A stretch of DNA of 24,000 nucleotides from assembly GCA_963767625.1 (NCBI GenBank), contig CAVYFB010000009.1:449310-473309 (forward strand). The letters run 5' to 3'. A program made the translations under genes and the position numbers. This DNA is from an uncultured Chloroflexia bacterium. GTDB lineage: Bacteria > Chloroflexota > Ktedonobacteria > Ktedonobacterales > Ktedonobacteraceae. Position 1 is the stretch's first letter; every line of letters starts with the position of its first letter. The notes beneath the pieces were generated by a model. It saw only the letters and a program-made list of their open reading frames with translations. It did not search any database and had not been told where the DNA came from. This document shows, one piece after another, positions 22,711-24,000 of the stretch.

Positions 22711-23985
22711 ATGGCTGCAGACGTTCATGAGCATGGAGCAGTGCTCATTGCGCATATTGGCACTGGCGAATTGGTTGCCAGAAAATCCTCCGAGGCTTCT
22801 CTCTACCCTGACCCCAGATGTGGCTATTATCAGATCGAAGACGCACGCGAGTCTGAATGTGCCCTGATACTGTTTGCTCGAGATACACTTACGTCTGAAC
22901 GCGTCGTCATGAAAATACTACGTCAGTACAAAGATACTCGCTATAGCTTGGCGACTCTGTATGAGCGACAGCAGTGTCAACTCGAGGCACTGGAACGAAA
23001 CAGAGTATTTACGCCGGAAGTTTATATCGGACTGGCCCGCATTGACTATCTCGATCTACCACAAGGACGTTTCGCCATTGAAGAGATTATCAGGAGTTCT
23101 ACACCTGGAGGCATTAGCCTGTTGGGTCTAGAGCAAGGATTTTTCCCTATCAATGAGATTATCGCCAACCCCACACAAGAAATACTTGATCACGATGCCG
23201 AGTATGCCTTGGCCATGTGCCAATTGCCAGAGGAAAGGCGTCTAGATCGCCTCCTGAGTGAGGAGAGTGAAGATGCTCTTTTAGATTTCATGCACCTATT
23301 GTCTAAATACGTAGCGTATATGCATACTAATCTTGTCAAGCCGCTTGATGTTGACGAAGATGAGACAAAATGGGGCAGTTACGAGCAATTACACTGCAAG
23401 CTCTTGCATAACCTTGGCCTCCTCGACCTAGTGCTGACAACCAGTATACTCGATCAGCATTTCACCTTTGACTTGTCGAAAGATACCCTTCATTGGCTGG
23501 AGGAGATGCTACTTCAAGTATTTACGGAGAGCCGCTATCGCAGCTATTTTGAGCAGAGAGTGCGGGAGCAACGGATTAAGCGTTGTCATGGCGATTTGAA
23601 ATCCCCAAATATCTGGATTCTGCCGCCTGATCAGAGTTGCAATGGGAAGCCTGGTGAGTGTGTCAAAATCCTGGATGCCATTGACTTCAATCCTTCGTAC
23701 AGTAACATCGATACGCTCAGTGATTTTGCTATGCTCGTCATCGACGTTCAGACGCGTACTAAGTCACCCACCCTTGCTGACAAGATGGTAGAGGACTATC
23801 TGGAGCTTACAGATCAAAATAACCAGACAGCTAGGTCAGTGCTCACCTATTATCTTGTTGAAAAGGCCATTGTTGGCGCGGCGATAAGTATCGTCTATGA
23901 TAATTTGGCTGAGCTTGGCCTGAGTCTTCTGGAAATTGCCAGGAAGCGCTTGCAATGTTTGGTAGATGGGAGTACTTTAATCTGA
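22711..23985 (+). CDS. aminoglycoside-phosphotransferase/choline-kinase-fold phosphotransferase-like protein
   Basis: 424 aa. Putative ATP-Lys context RVVMKILRQ, catalytic loop RCHGDLKSPNIWIL (HGDLxxxN) and metal-binding KILDAIDFN. The substrate is unknown. Confidence 0.6.
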   Translation: MAADVHEHGAVLIAHIGTGELVARKSSEASLYPDPRCGYYQIEDARESECALILFARDTLTSERVVMKILRQYKDTRYSLATLYERQQCQLEALERNRVFTPEVYIGLARIDYLDLPQGRFAIEEIIRSSTPGGISLLGLEQGFFPINEIIANPTQEILDHDAEYALAMCQLPEERRLDRLLSEESEDALLDFMHLLSKYVAYMHTNLVKPLDVDEDETKWGSYEQLHCKLLHNLGLLDLVLTTSILDQHFTFDLSKDTLHWLEEMLLQVFTESRYRSYFEQRVREQRIKRCHGDLKSPNIWILPPDQSCNGKPGECVKILDAIDFNPSYSNIDTLSDFAMLVIDVQTRTKSPTLADKMVEDYLELTDQNNQTARSVLTYYLVEKAIVGAAISIVYDNLAELGLSLLEIARKRLQCLVDGSTLI

Positions 23986-24000
23986 GCGGTTACTCTCGTA

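Noticed and set aside
15027-23985. Linking the RiPP-like ORF (15027) with the kinase-fold protein (22711) as a class V-type lanthipeptide pair
   Set aside because: The two are about 7.5 kb apart and separated by unrelated genes on both strands (metX, peptidases, CHAP). No lyase or cyclase candidate is present, so there is no positional support.
1-24000. CRISPR arrays, tRNA/rRNA genes, an integrase or tnpA next to IscB
   Set aside because: I scanned for regularly spaced direct repeats, cloverleaf-like segments and Y1/serine/tyrosine recombinase motifs and found none. The only regularly spaced repeats are the coding tandem repeat at 21051-21420 and the 20-nt doublet at 1181/1201.

Overview
The window looks like bacterial chromosome, about 24 kb, and is densely coding. 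Most genes are housekeeping genes on the minus strand: ispH, tatA/tatC behind an ECF sigma/anti-sigma pair, acpP, nusB, an asp23-family gene, fabD, rpmF, yceD, a NodB-type deacetylase and lpd. The plus strand carries a SAM-I riboswitch controlling metX. Further right are two tandem S53 (sedolisin-like) lipoprotein peptidases, a CHAP-domain cell-wall hydrolase with an N-terminal tandem repeat, and an APH/choline-kinase-fold phosphotransferase-like protein.

The stand-out feature is a transposase-less IscB (OMEGA-type, IS200/IS605-associated RNA-guided nuclease) locus at about 2.5-4.05 kb. It has an apparently intact PLMP/RuvC/bridge-helix/HNH protein of 424 aa. A 259-nt non-coding, highly structured leader precedes it and is the expected position of its omega-RNA. 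The unit is wedged between two small membrane-protein genes that sit just upstream of an MFS transporter gene.

Secondary observations:
- A family of GC-rich palindromic dispersed repeats, one copy of which sits in-frame inside the central loop of the MFS transporter gene.
- Near-identical palindromes flanking tatC.
- An orphan 65-aa ORF with RiPP-precursor-like leader/core architecture.
- Apparent frameshifts in nusB and in the CHAP gene.
- Tandem terminators behind the SAM riboswitch.
- A stand-alone degenerate HemA-like domain.

I saw no rRNA, tRNA or CRISPR array. Gene content and the repeat load are compatible with a large-genome Chloroflexota (Ktedonobacteria-like) organism, but that is a guess I cannot verify from here. 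All homology statements come from motif recognition by eye, not from database searches.
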